51,406 nucleotides of DNA from a bacterium (lineage in GTDB: Bacteria; Vulcanimicrobiota; Vulcanimicrobiia; Vulcanimicrobiales; Vulcanimicrobiaceae). The DNA lies in NCBI GenBank assembly GCA_021781595.1, contig JAJXWN010000001.1, positions 1 through 51,406 on the forward strand, given 5' to 3'. Position 1 is the first letter of the stretch; every line of letters starts with the position of its first letter. Under the pieces are notes generated by a model. That model was not told the DNA's origin, did no database searches, and worked only from the letters and a program-made list of their open reading frames with translations. The position numbers were made by a program, and so were the translations under genes. This document shows, one piece after another, positions 34,781-44,174 of the stretch.

Positions 34781-35632
34781 TTGCACCTCATACTGGCGGC
34801 CAACTGGTTCCTCGATCCGATCGTAAGGGTCATAACGCAGATCGTCGATGCGATCGACGTGGTGGTTCGTAACCGCGGCTGGAGCCTGGTCATCTTCGCG
34901 CTGCTGTTCAAGATTGCGTTCTGGCCGCTGAACACCAAGCAGTTCATGGCGATGATGAACATGCAGAAGATCGCTCCGAAGCTGAAGGCACTGCAAACGA
35001 AATACGGTAAGAGCGATCCGCAGAAGTACCAGCAAGAGACGATGGCGCTCTACAAAGAGCACGGCGTCAACCCGCTCGCGGGCTGCTGGCCGATGCTCGT
35101 CCAGTACCCGATCATCATCAGCGTCTTTTATGCTGTAACCTCGAACGAAAAGCTCTATGCGAAAGAGCATTGGCTATGGATCGGCGCGCCCTTCACGCAC
35201 CATCTTCCGCTGCTCTGGGGGACCACCATTCTCGCGACGAGTTTGGCGGGGACCGACCTCGTGCTACTCGCGCTCTACATGCTCTCGATGTATTTCTATT
35301 CGCGGTATGCGACGATGCCGTCGACGGATCCGCAGCAGGCCCAGACGCAAAAGATGATGGCGATCATGTCGCCGCTGATGCTCGGATTCTTCGGCTTCAA
35401 GTATCACTGGCCGTCTGCCATGGTGCTGTACTGGTTCTCCTACAACGCGTTCACGATGGGACAGCAATTCTATCTCCTGCGCAAGTACCACCAGCCGCTC
35501 TCGGTGCTCGACTCCGAGCATGCCGTTACCGACATCCCCGAAGTCGTGGCGATTCCTGCGGCCAAGCCGAGCACGAACGGCCGGAGCGGCGCTCCCACTG
35601 CTAAGAAAAAAAAGAAAGGCACGAAAAAGTAG
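34781..35632 (+). CDS. yidC: Membrane protein insertase YidC (short, Oxa1/YidC2-like form with a basic tail)
   Basis: 283 aa with a TTG start. Core: WPLNTKQFMAMMNMQKIAPKLKALQTKYGKSDPQKYQQETMALYKEHGVNPLAGCWPMLVQYPIIISVFY. The C-terminus is AKKKKKGTKK. There is no large periplasmic P1 domain. Confidence 0.9.
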   Translation: MHLILAANWFLDPIVRVITQIVDAIDVVVRNRGWSLVIFALLFKIAFWPLNTKQFMAMMNMQKIAPKLKALQTKYGKSDPQKYQQETMALYKEHGVNPLAGCWPMLVQYPIIISVFYAVTSNEKLYAKEHWLWIGAPFTHHLPLLWGTTILATSLAGTDLVLLALYMLSMYFYSRYATMPSTDPQQAQTQKMMAIMSPLMLGFFGFKYHWPSAMVLYWFSYNAFTMGQQFYLLRKYHQPLSVLDSEHAVTDIPEVVAIPAAKPSTNGRSGAPTAKKKKKGTKK

Positions 35633-35634
35633 CG

Positions 35635-36219
35635 ATGCACGACGATTACGACTTGGAACCGCAGCCCGCCGGCGTCAGCGATCGCGCGCTCCCCGGGCGC
35701 GCCGGCGCGCGGCGGCCGGCGCGGCGACCGGCGACGGCCCGCGCTCCGCGCAAGAAGAGCGGCATGCCCGACGAGGCGAAGCCGGCGCGCGATCTCTTGA
35801 GCGAGATCCTTGCCAAGATGGGCCTGGGGCACGTCGACATCGAGTACGTTCCGCGCCCCGAGGGCGAGTACTTCGAGATCGCCGGTCCGGATCTCGCGAT
35901 GCTGATCGGCCGGCACGGCAACACGCTCGAAGCGCTGAACCTCGTCTTCAACAATATTTTGAACGCCGGCGTGCGCAACAACCGCCGGTACTACACCGTC
36001 GACGCCGAAGGGTATCGCGCGCGGCGCGCCGACCAATTGAAGAGTCTCGCGCTCATGACGCTCGAGCGCTGCATACGCGAGAAGAAGCCGCAGCGTTTAG
36101 AGCCGATGCTCCCCTCCGAGCGAAAGATCGTCCACATTGCGCTAGCCGAGAATCAATTCGTTCGCACCGAGTCCGAAGGGGTCGAACCCGAACGGCGCGT
36201 GGTCCTGTTCCCAAAATAG
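35635..36219 (+). CDS. jag: Jag/KhpB-type RNA-binding protein (KH plus R3H domains)
   Basis: 194 aa. KH-like region: YFEIAGPDLAMLIGRHGNTLEALNLV. The C-terminal part (LEPMLPSERKIVHIALAENQFVRTESEGVEPERRVVLFPK) is R3H-like. It is downstream of yidC, as usual. Confidence 0.85.
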   Translation: MHDDYDLEPQPAGVSDRALPGRAGARRPARRPATARAPRKKSGMPDEAKPARDLLSEILAKMGLGHVDIEYVPRPEGEYFEIAGPDLAMLIGRHGNTLEALNLVFNNILNAGVRNNRRYYTVDAEGYRARRADQLKSLALMTLERCIREKKPQRLEPMLPSERKIVHIALAENQFVRTESEGVEPERRVVLFPK

Positions 36220-36241
36220 AGTTCGTCGTGCGTGCTCTTCG

Positions 36242-37594
36242 ATGAACGATCGCAGCGATACGATCGCCGCGATAGCGACGCCTCCCGGAAAAGGCGCGAT
36301 CGCGATCGTGCGGGTAAGCGGGCCACAGGCGCGAGCGCTCGCATCGCGCCTGTTTCGTTCGCGCCGGCCGTTGCGAAACCGGTACGCGGCGTACGGGACG
36401 ATCGTCGACGAGTGCGGCGTCGCTATCGACCGGGGCCTCGCGCTTTGGTACGACGCGCCGCACGGATACACGGGCGAAGACGCCCTCGAGCTCCAGGTGC
36501 ACGGCTCGCCCGTCGTCGCGCGCGAGGTCGTGCGCGCGCTGATCGCAGCGGGAGCTCGCGCCGCCTGGCCCGGCGAGTTCACGCGCCGCGCTTTCCTAAA
36601 CGGGAAGCTCGATCTCACGGCGGCGGCGGCCGTCGCGGATTTGATCGACGCGGAGAGCCGTTCGGCGGCGCGTGCGGCGCTGGCAAACCTCGGCGGCGGC
36701 TTGGCGAGGCAGGTGCGGGCGCTCCGCGCGCGGCTCGCCGCCATCGTTGAGGAGCTGGCCGCCGCCGCCGATTTTCCGGACGAAGTCCCTGGTCCCGATC
36801 CCGTGGCCTTGCGCCACGGAGTCGAAACGATTGCGAGCGAGTTAAAACGGCTGCAGCGCGACGGCGAGACCGGCCGGCTGGTCCGCGAGGGCGTGCGCGT
36901 GGCGATCGTGGGCCCGCCCAACGCGGGGAAGTCCTCGCTGCTCAACGCGTTGCTGGGCGAGGAGCGAGCGCTGGTCTCCGAGGTGCCGGGGACGACGCGC
37001 GACACGATAGAGGAGTCGATCGTCGTGCGCGGCGCGGTCGTGCGGCTGGTCGACACCGCTGGCATCCGCGCGCACGCCGACCGTTTGGAGGCGGCCGGCA
37101 TCGAACGCACGCGCCGCGCGTTAGCGGGCGCACGCGTCGTGCTGGTCGTCGTCGACGGTTCGCAGCCGCTCTCGATGCAAGCGCGTGCGGTTCTTCGGGA
37201 GACGGAGGATCGAGAACGCGTGCTCTTCTACAACAAGGCCGACCTCGGCGACGCGGGTGCGCGGGGACTACCGGCCGGTGAGGTCATCGTCGGTTCGACG
37301 CGCGACGGCGCTACGCTGCAAGCGCTGACCGATGCGATCGCTCGCGTGGGTTGGGGCGGCGAGACGCCGGATTTGGAGCGGCCGCATCTCGTGTCGGCGC
37401 GCGAGTTCGAGGCGATCGGCGCGGCGCTCGACGCGCTCTCGCGCGCGGCGACGACGCTAAGCGCCGGCGATCCTGCCGATTTGATCGTCGGAGATTTGCA
37501 GCGCGCGTTTGCAGAACTCGGTCATGCGAGTGCGGACGCGGCGAACGAAGAGATCCTCGATGGGATTTTCGCGCGGTTTTGCATCGGGAAGTAA
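36242..37594 (+). CDS. mnmE: tRNA modification GTPase MnmE
   Basis: 450 aa. The N-terminus is DTIAAIATPPGKGAIAIVRVSG. The G1 motif is GPPNAGKSSLLNAL. The C-terminus ends in the FCIGK tetrapeptide motif. Confidence 0.95.
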   Translation: MNDRSDTIAAIATPPGKGAIAIVRVSGPQARALASRLFRSRRPLRNRYAAYGTIVDECGVAIDRGLALWYDAPHGYTGEDALELQVHGSPVVAREVVRALIAAGARAAWPGEFTRRAFLNGKLDLTAAAAVADLIDAESRSAARAALANLGGGLARQVRALRARLAAIVEELAAAADFPDEVPGPDPVALRHGVETIASELKRLQRDGETGRLVREGVRVAIVGPPNAGKSSLLNALLGEERALVSEVPGTTRDTIEESIVVRGAVVRLVDTAGIRAHADRLEAAGIERTRRALAGARVVLVVVDGSQPLSMQARAVLRETEDRERVLFYNKADLGDAGARGLPAGEVIVGSTRDGATLQALTDAIARVGWGGETPDLERPHLVSAREFEAIGAALDALSRAATTLSAGDPADLIVGDLQRAFAELGHASADAANEEILDGIFARFCIGK

Positions 37595-37598
37595 CGCG

Positions 37599-37940
37599 TT
37601 ATCCGCCGCTGAACGGCGATCCAGGATCGCACTCGTAGTCGAGCGTCGTACTGCAGGCGGTGATGTCGTATGTTTGCGGCGTACGCTCCACCGTAACGTG
37701 AAAAGTTTGTGGCGGCACGTCGTTCGAGGAGATGCGGATCCGGTAACGTCCGGGGCGCAGGCCCGGTATCGTGTAACGGCCGTTGCGATCGGTGACCGCG
37801 GTGCGCGCAGCGTACGCCCCCGTGGCCCGCACGTGCACGCCGGCGAGCGGCTGCCCGGTGGTCTTGTCGGTGATGCGGCCTACGAGCAAAACGATCGCGA
37901 GCGTTGCGAGCGTGGGGAGAGAGCGGCGTAGCATGGCCAT
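37599..37940 (-). CDS. Small secreted/anchored carboxypeptidase-regulatory-like (CarboxypepD_reg) domain protein
   Basis: 113 aa. Signal or anchor sequence LPTLATLAIVLLVG, then GRITDKTTGQPLAGVHVRATG...TDRNGRYTIPGLRPGRYRIRI, the typical CarboxypepD_reg pattern. Confidence 0.6.
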   Translation of the reverse strand: MAMLRRSLPTLATLAIVLLVGRITDKTTGQPLAGVHVRATGAYAARTAVTDRNGRYTIPGLRPGRYRIRISSNDVPPQTFHVTVERTPQTYDITACSTTLDYECDPGSPFSGG

Positions 37941-38085
37941 ACCGTTTCAACGCGCCCTGCCGTAGAGCCGTTTTGGGCGCGACGTAGAACCTTCGACTCC
38001 GGCCGGTGCAGGCCAAGGAGGGATCGATGCCTCAAGTCTTGGCGCTCGTGGCTCTTAGGTTGCGGTTGCGCCGCTGCCTTGCCTG

Positions 38086-39963
38086 GTGAGAGGCGGCGTT
38101 CTGCGCTCCGGCGACGCGGGCGTCATCGTCGTGGGCGGGGGACACGCCGGCATCGAGGCGGCTTTAGCCGCCGCGCGACTGGGCGTACCCACCATGCTCG
38201 TGACCGGCGATCCGGGACGCATCTGCACGCTACCGTGCAACCCTTCGATCGGGGGCAGCGCGAAGGGGCAACTCGTCCGTGAGATCGACGCGCTGGGCGG
38301 CGAGATGGGGCGGCTCATCGACGGCTGCTCCGTACACGCACGCTTCCTCAATGAGTCGAAGGGTCCGGCGGTGCGCGCGTTACGGGCCCAGGCCGACAAA
38401 CCGGCTTACGCGCGGCTGGCGGAAGCGGCCCTGCGCGCCCAGCCGCACGTGCAGATCGTGCGTGGAATGGTCGAGGGACTCGTGGTTGTGGCCGGCGAGA
38501 TCCGCGGCGTGTGGTGTGCCGGGGGCGAGCGCTACTACGCGCGCCGGGTCGTGCTTGCGACCGGGACCTTCCTGGGCGGAAAGACGTTTCGGGGTGACGT
38601 CGTCGAAGAGGCGGGCCGCTTCGGCGAAGCGCCGGCAGCCGGGTTGGCGCGGGCTCTGCGCGAGCTCGGTTTTCCGACGCAACGGCTCAAGACCGGAACG
38701 CCACCGCGCATCGATCGCGCGACGGTGAACGCCGGCGCCATGCGAGTCCAGGCGCCTAGCGACGTGCCGCTGGCGTTTTCCTATCGCGGAGCAGCGGGGT
38801 TCGCGGGACCGCAACTGCCGTGTTACATCACGACGACCAACGAGCGAACGCACCGCTTGGTGCGCGAAAATCTGCACCGCTCGCCGCTCTACGGACTCGA
38901 TCTCATCGAGGGAATCGGACCGCGCTACTGCCCGTCGATAGAAGACAAAGTCGTGAAATTCGCGCACAACCCGTCGCATCAGATCTTCATCGAACCCGAA
39001 GGCTGGGACGAGCCGACGTGGTACGTAGGCGGCTTTTCGACGTCTCTGCCGGCCGAAGTGCAGTTGGAGATGCTGCACACGCTACCGGGGTTGGAAGCGT
39101 GCGCGATGCTGCGTGCGGGATACGCGGTCGAATACGATGCGGTGCCGCCGACGGAGCTGCACGAGACGCTCGAGACGCGCCGCATTCGCGGGCTCTATCA
39201 TTGCGGGCAGATCAACGGCACCTCCGGGTACGAAGAAGCGGCGGTTCAGGGGCTCGTAGCGGGCGTCAACGCCGCTTGCGCGGCGCAGGGCAAGCGGCAG
39301 CTGTGTTTGGAACGCGGCCAAGCCTACGCGGGCGTGATGATCGACGATCTCGTGACCAAAGGCGTCGACGAGCCATACCGCATGCTGACTTCGCGCGCCG
39401 AACACCGGATTATCCTGCGGCACGACAATGCCGATCTTCGCCTCACGCCGGTTGGGCGTGAGATCGGCCTCGTAAACGACGCCGACTGGGAGGCGTTCTG
39501 CGAGCGCCGGGTGCGCTTGGAGCGCGGCCTCGCGCAGGCAGCGTCCACGAGCCTGGGCGTACGAGAGGTTGGCGGGGAGTCTTTCGCGGGAGGGGCGACG
39601 ATAGCGGACGCACTCCGGCGCCCGGGAATAATGTTTGGTGATATTGCGCATCGGTTTTCGGATCCGCCGCCGGTGGAGATCGGCGAGCGGATTGAGACCG
39701 AGATCAAGTGCGAAGGATACGTCAGCCGTCAGCGCCTTGCCATCGAAAAGGCGGCGCGCGCCGAGGGAGTAGCGATCCCGGAGCGGTTCGACTACAATTC
39801 GATCCGGGCGCTCTCGCTCGAAGCTCGCGAGAAGCTCGCAGAGCGTTGCCCACGAACGCTCGGCGCGGCCGGACGCATCCCGGGTGTGACGCCCTCAGAC
39901 GTCGCGATTTTGAGCGTCTTCGTCCACCGCGACCACTTGGCCGCTCCGCGCTCCGCGACGTAG
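38086..39963 (+). CDS. mnmG: tRNA uridine 5-carboxymethylaminomethyl modification enzyme MnmG (GidA)
   Basis: 625 aa with a GTG start. Motifs: [42 protein letters not shown] and [13 protein letters not shown]. Confidence 0.95.
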   Translation: MRGGVLRSGDAGVIVVGGGHAGIEAALAAARLGVPTMLVTGDPGRICTLPCNPSIGGSAKGQLVREIDALGGEMGRLIDGCSVHARFLNESKGPAVRALRAQADKPAYARLAEAALRAQPHVQIVRGMVEGLVVVAGEIRGVWCAGGERYYARRVVLATGTFLGGKTFRGDVVEEAGRFGEAPAAGLARALRELGFPTQRLKTGTPPRIDRATVNAGAMRVQAPSDVPLAFSYRGAAGFAGPQLPCYITTTNERTHRLVRENLHRSPLYGLDLIEGIGPRYCPSIEDKVVKFAHNPSHQIFIEPEGWDEPTWYVGGFSTSLPAEVQLEMLHTLPGLEACAMLRAGYAVEYDAVPPTELHETLETRRIRGLYHCGQINGTSGYEEAAVQGLVAGVNAACAAQGKRQLCLERGQAYAGVMIDDLVTKGVDEPYRMLTSRAEHRIILRHDNADLRLTPVGREIGLVNDADWEAFCERRVRLERGLAQAASTSLGVREVGGESFAGGATIADALRRPGIMFGDIAHRFSDPPPVEIGERIETEIKCEGYVSRQRLAIEKAARAEGVAIPERFDYNSIRALSLEAREKLAERCPRTLGAAGRIPGVTPSDVAILSVFVHRDHLAAPRSAT

Positions 39964-40010
39964 ATCGAGATCGCAGCCGGCCAGATGATCGGCGGACCAC
40001 TGGCTGCACT

Positions 40011-41498
40011 TTAGCCGAGCGTTGCTCCAGGCGGACGGCGGTTGGCCCACGGGGCGGCCGATTCGATCTGCGCGGCGAGCGAAAAGAGCCGGCCCTCCTC
40101 ACCCAGACGAGCAGCAAACTGTACGCCGACCGGTAGTCCCCCGGCGCTCGTATGGAGTGGAAGCGTCATCGCCGGTTGGCCGGTGAGATTGAACACGGGC
40201 GTATACGGCAACCAATCAAACATTCGCGCCGCGATATCTCGCGCGGCTTTGCGAATCAACGCTTTCGAGCGCAGCCGCGCGAGAACGGCGATCTGCAGGC
40301 GTTCGCTCTGCGTGAGCGCAAGTTCGCCGATTCGAATCGGTGGAGCGGCCAACGTCGGCATGAGCAGCACGTCGTATCGCTGCATGAACGCATCGAAGAC
40401 GCTTGCGAGCAAACGCTGATTCGCAACGGCCGTAGTCAGCTCGTCGGCGCTGAGAACGCGGGCAATCGTCAGCAAGGCGAGGGTTGCCGGTTCGAGATCG
40501 CCGCTTCGCAGCGGCGTTCCGGCGAGCGGATTCCCGGCGCCGAGATGCCAGCCGATTTGGCTTGCGAACAGCATGAGCAGCGCATACGACATGGCCGTAT
40601 AGTCGATGCCTTGCGGCTCGTCGACGGCCACATCATGGCCGAGCGATTCGCAGAGCGCCGCCGCAGCATCGACGGCTTTGCGCGCTTCGGGATCGATCCC
40701 GTGCCCAAGCATGGGCCCGCGCACGAGCGCAACCCGCAACCGGCCCGGATCGCGCTGCGTACATGCGAGGTAGCTGCCATCGGTGGGCGGTGCCTGATAG
40801 AGCGCGCCACGCTCCTGCGCCACGCAATCGAGCAAGAGCGCGCTATCGCGCACGCTCCGCGAGATGCATAGATCCACGTTCGCGTCCCCAATCGTACCGC
40901 CCGATGTCGGCATCCGCGCGCGGGTCGGCTTCATGCCGAAGAGCCCGACGCAACTCGCGGGGATCCGGATCGATCCGCCCGTATCGCTTGCGTGCGCCAT
41001 TGGGACCACCCCGGCCGCGACCAATGCGGCGCTCCCACCGCTCGAGCCACCCGGAGTGCGCGCTGTATCCCATGGATTGCGGCACGGCCCGAACAGTGCC
41101 GGCTCGGTGTAGGGCATCGATCCGAACTCGGGCGTATTCGTCTTGCCGAAGATGTTGAGGCCGGCAGCCTTCACGCGTTTGAAGAACGGATGGTCGGCGG
41201 CTGGAACGTAGGCGCGGAAGTACCGACTGCCCATCGTCATGGGCGTCCCGGCCAGCTCCGGCCCCAGATCTTTAGCGAGAAACGGCACCCCTCGAAAGGG
41301 CCCATCCGGCAAACCGGAGGCGGCGTCGTGACGCGCGGTCTCATACCGCCGGGCGACCAACCCATTGAGCCGCGGATTCACCGTCTCCGCACGCTGGATC
41401 GCCGCTTCGAGGAGCTCCGACGGGGTAACGTGCCGCTCCCGAACGAGCTGCGATAACCCGATTGCGTCGAAACGCTCGTACTCAACGAAGTCTGCCAT
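40011..41498 (-). CDS. Amidase-signature family amidase
   Basis: Start trimmed to the ATG at 41498 (MADFVEYERF...), preceded by GGGAGGA. The amidase signature region is GGSSGGSAALVAAGVVPMAHASDTGGSIRIPAS. Confidence 0.85.
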   Translation of the reverse strand: MADFVEYERFDAIGLSQLVRERHVTPSELLEAAIQRAETVNPRLNGLVARRYETARHDAASGLPDGPFRGVPFLAKDLGPELAGTPMTMGSRYFRAYVPAADHPFFKRVKAAGLNIFGKTNTPEFGSMPYTEPALFGPCRNPWDTARTPGGSSGGSAALVAAGVVPMAHASDTGGSIRIPASCVGLFGMKPTRARMPTSGGTIGDANVDLCISRSVRDSALLLDCVAQERGALYQAPPTDGSYLACTQRDPGRLRVALVRGPMLGHGIDPEARKAVDAAAALCESLGHDVAVDEPQGIDYTAMSYALLMLFASQIGWHLGAGNPLAGTPLRSGDLEPATLALLTIARVLSADELTTAVANQRLLASVFDAFMQRYDVLLMPTLAAPPIRIGELALTQSERLQIAVLARLRSKALIRKAARDIAARMFDWLPYTPVFNLTGQPAMTLPLHTSAGGLPVGVQFAARLGEEGRLFSLAAQIESAAPWANRRPPGATLG

Positions 41499-41523
41499 GC
41501 TTCCTCCCATCCGCGCACGAGCC

Positions 41524-41730
41524 ATCTACGCATCCGCACGGCGAAACACCCCCACAAGGTCATCACCGTTACGCAGGGTTGAAAGATTCTTTCGCGAGCT
41601 GACGACGAAGAGGAGCCGGCCCGACGTCTTCCGATCTGTCGAGGAACTGGCGTCAAGGATTGATGAACGCGTCCGTTGCCGTCATGCCAATCCCATGCCG
41701 ATGATTTGGAGGAGAAAAGGAACCGAATAG
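41524..41730 (+). pseudogene. C-terminal remnant of an IS630-family (DDE) transposase
   Basis: The translation ...NTPTRSSPLRRVERFFRELTTKRSRPDVFRSVEELASRIDERVRCRHANPMPMIWRRK matches the conserved IS630 C-terminal pattern (FTPThsSWLNqVErwF..LT.k.lrrg.F.Sv.eL...I..yi..hN.np.Pf.W). There is no N-terminal HTH or catalytic region upstream, because the amidase start is there. Confidence 0.7.
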
Positions 41731-41905
41731 CCATGAGAGGGGCACGCGTGCTCGGGCCAGCCTTAACAGGTCGACGAAACATTCGGGCCCGATCCGGAGA
41801 CCGCGGGTTTCTCGGCAACCTGTTGAGGATCTACAATCCGCTTGACGAGCTGCGTTAGAGATTGCCGACTCTCGTTTGCCCTGAGCGCAGTGGAGGGATA
41901 CGTGT

Positions 41906-42589
41906 ATGAACGAGGAGCGTTGCGCACTGGAACCCCTGCTGCTGGCGGCGAGTCTCGAGGCGCCGATTGCACGGCGGCTAGCCGGGTACGGCGAAATACT
42001 CCTCGAAGGGAACCGGCGCGCGAATCTGACCGGCGCAAAGACCTCCGAGGCGCTTGCTCCGCATATCCTCGATAGCCTCACCCTCGCGCCGTTCGTCGTC
42101 GACCCTCTGGTCGACGTCGGCTCCGGCGGCGGCCTCCCGGCAATCCCGTTGGCGATTGCAACCGGCGTCGGCGTCACCCTCATTGAGGCGACCGCGAAGA
42201 AGGTGCGGTTCCTCCAAGAGACGCTGCGACGGCTCGAAATCGCAGGGGAGGTGGTGGCAGGACGCGCGGAGGTCGTTGCGCACGATCCAGCATATCGCGA
42301 TCGCTTTGCGAGCGGCACGATCCGGGCCGTCGCCGGGGCGCCGACTTCGGCCGAACTGCTGCTTCCGTTCATCGAGCCAGGCGGTGTGGCGCTCCTCCAG
42401 TGTGGTTCCATGACCCCACAAGACCGCAGCGCCCTGGCCGACGCGGCCTTGGTCCTTGCGGCCGAGCTCGAGGGCGTCATCGACCTCGGCGGGCGCTGCA
42501 TCGCGGTCTTGCGCAAGACGGGGCCGACGCCTCCGCGCTTCCCTCGCCGAACGGGAATACCGAGCAAGCGCCCACTCTGCAGGGTGTGA
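41906..42589 (+). CDS. rsmG: 16S rRNA (guanine527-N7)-methyltransferase RsmG (GidB)
   Basis: 227 aa. The ATG is preceded by GGAGGG. Motifs: NRRANLTGAKTSEALAPHILDSL and the SAM motif LVDVGSGGGLPAIPLAI. Confidence 0.9.
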   Translation: MNEERCALEPLLLAASLEAPIARRLAGYGEILLEGNRRANLTGAKTSEALAPHILDSLTLAPFVVDPLVDVGSGGGLPAIPLAIATGVGVTLIEATAKKVRFLQETLRRLEIAGEVVAGRAEVVAHDPAYRDRFASGTIRAVAGAPTSAELLLPFIEPGGVALLQCGSMTPQDRSALADAALVLAAELEGVIDLGGRCIAVLRKTGPTPPRFPRRTGIPSKRPLCRV

Positions 42590-42672
42590 TCCCTAGAGCC
42601 GATTCCTTGCCGTGGGAGGGCTTTGCCCTCTTGATGGGCGGCCGCTCGACTTTATGGGCAAAGCCGCCTCGC

Positions 42673-42688
42673 TGTTTCACGTGAAACG
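42673..42688. promoter_or_regulatory. parS centromere-like site
   Basis: TGTTTCACGTGAAACg matches 15 of 16 positions of the TGTTNCACGTGAAACA consensus. It is the only such site I found in the window. Confidence 0.8.
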
Positions 42689-42707
42689 AATCGCGATATA
42701 ACTATTA

Positions 42708-42716
42708 TGTTATAAT
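42708..42716 (+). promoter_or_regulatory. Extended -10 promoter element (TGtTATAAT)
   Basis: TG at 42708..42709 and TATAAT at 42711..42716, in an unusually AT-rich stretch (gatataactattatgttataat). The GTG of the next ORF is at 42723, which implies a leaderless or near-leaderless mRNA. Confidence 0.55.
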
Positions 42717-42722
42717 GCGCTC

Positions 42723-43106
42723 GTGTCTGAAGAACGGAACGCCGGCCTGAGCCTCGCCCCGGCAGCGCTAGCCACCGGGGCCCTCTCGCTGAAAGAACAT
42801 CTCATGGGGGCGGCCGCCGCCGAGGTGCGGCGGCGGGGCTTACGCCAGCAGGAGGCCGCCGTGCTGGCGGGCCTCAAGCAGCCCGAACTCTCGCGGATCG
42901 TAAACGCTCGAGGCTCAGGGTTTTCGACCGATCGCCTGATAGACGTTCTGTGCCGCCTCGGCCATAACGTCGAGATCGTCGTAACGAAGGGATCGGGCAC
43001 GACGGGGAGCCTGCATATTACCGTCGCGCCCCCTTGTCATCTTGAGCTCGCCGGAGGGCGTGGTAATCTCGGTGCCCTGGCGGTAAGCACAGTGCTTCGA
43101 CAGTAA
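42723..43106 (+). CDS. XRE-family helix-turn-helix protein (antitoxin-like, orphan)
   Basis: 127 aa. RRRGLRQQEAAVLAGLKQPELSRIVNARGSGFSTDRLIDVLCRLGHNVEIVV is the HTH_XRE/HTH_37 pattern seen in HigA-like antitoxins. I could find no adjacent toxin-sized ORF. Confidence 0.65.
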   Translation: MSEERNAGLSLAPAALATGALSLKEHLMGAAAAEVRRRGLRQQEAAVLAGLKQPELSRIVNARGSGFSTDRLIDVLCRLGHNVEIVVTKGSGTTGSLHITVAPPCHLELAGGRGNLGALAVSTVLRQ

Positions 43107-43266
43107 GGCATGGCCCCGGGGCCACATGGAGGCGAATGAAAATGCACTGGGGCCGAAGGCCGAGGGGGGCTGGCGGCTCTGCCTGCGGGGAGCGGGTAGC
43201 GCGGATCCGCCATTTTCACCTCAGGCTCGGCGTGCCACGCCGGCTTCGCGTGCCACGCAGCGTGGC

Positions 43267-43971
43267 TCAGGGTGATGCGGGAGCGCGGGCGGCGGCGGAT
43301 GCGATGAAGAGGCCGAGCGGAGCCTGCGCGAACCAGGAGTCGGCGTTCATCCGCTCGGGATGCCATTGAACCGCCAGCAAGAAGGGCTTGCCGGCGGGGC
43401 GGCGCCACTCGAAGGCCTCGATCGTGCCATCGGGCGCGTGGGCGGTCGCCCGAAACGGCTCTGCCAGCCTATCGACGGCCTGGTGATGCGAGCTGTTGAC
43501 GTTGCGCTCCCATGCCATGTTCTCGGGAGGCGCGAGCAGCGAGCCGGGTGCGAGACGAAGGCCGTGAATCTTTTCCGGCGAGCCGCGGTGCGCCGCATTC
43601 CTATCGCGAAGATCGGGAAGGAGCGTGCCGCCGTGAAAGACGTTGAGCAACTGCATGCCGCGGCATATCCCGAGCACCGGCATCGCTAAGCGCGTCGCCG
43701 CTTCGAGCATCTTCCATTCCGTCGCGTCCCGAAGCGGATCGGTCTCGCAACAGTTTTCTACGTCGGCGGCGCCGTAACGACTCGGCTCAACGTCCGCGCC
43801 GCCCGTGAAACAGAGGGCGTCAACCGTCTCGGCCGGCTGCGGCGCCTGTTCGGCGCCGCCGAGCCACACGACCTCCATGGGAATGTGGCAAGCGGCGGCC
43901 GCTCGCTTCAATGCTGCGCTGTATCTTTCGTAGGAATCCGATCCGCGATAACTCAAGCCGATACGAATCAT
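43267..43971 (-). CDS. Class I glutamine amidotransferase, gamma-glutamyl-GABA hydrolase (PuuD/peptidase C26) family
   Basis: 234 aa. The nucleophile elbow is PVLGICRGMQLLNV. SSHHQAV and QWHPE motifs are present. Confidence 0.8.
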   Translation of the reverse strand: MIRIGLSYRGSDSYERYSAALKRAAAACHIPMEVVWLGGAEQAPQPAETVDALCFTGGADVEPSRYGAADVENCCETDPLRDATEWKMLEAATRLAMPVLGICRGMQLLNVFHGGTLLPDLRDRNAAHRGSPEKIHGLRLAPGSLLAPPENMAWERNVNSSHHQAVDRLAEPFRATAHAPDGTIEAFEWRRPAGKPFLLAVQWHPERMNADSWFAQAPLGLFIASAAARAPASP

Positions 43972-44174
43972 ACGCGCGTTCTTCCACGGCGGCCGTTATG
44001 ACCATGCCGGTACGCCTTCCGCTACAATGGGTACGAAAGCACCTAGCCTATGGACTCAACATGCGAACGACCGCGCAAGCCGATCATGCCTCCTTGGGCG
44101 AGGCATTTGGCGTTCACCGTGGCGGCCCTAGCGGTACTCGCCACGGTGTTGCTCGCCATGCGAACGCGCTAGCC

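Noticed and set aside
36142-37110. 322-aa minus-strand ORF opposite mnmE. Similar cases are 41653..42567 opposite rsmG and 50044..51105 opposite thiD.
   Set aside because: All three lie antisense to genes with canonical motifs and have Ser/Arg/Ala/Pro-rich composition. I regard them as artefacts.
43230-43266. Direct repeat GCGTGCCACGC x2 (43230..43240 and 43248..43258) followed by AGCGTGGC, just downstream of the amidotransferase stop
   Set aside because: It is short and forms only small GC hairpins, with no U-tract on the relevant strand. It is probably an incidental or weak termination structure, and I saw no further copies.
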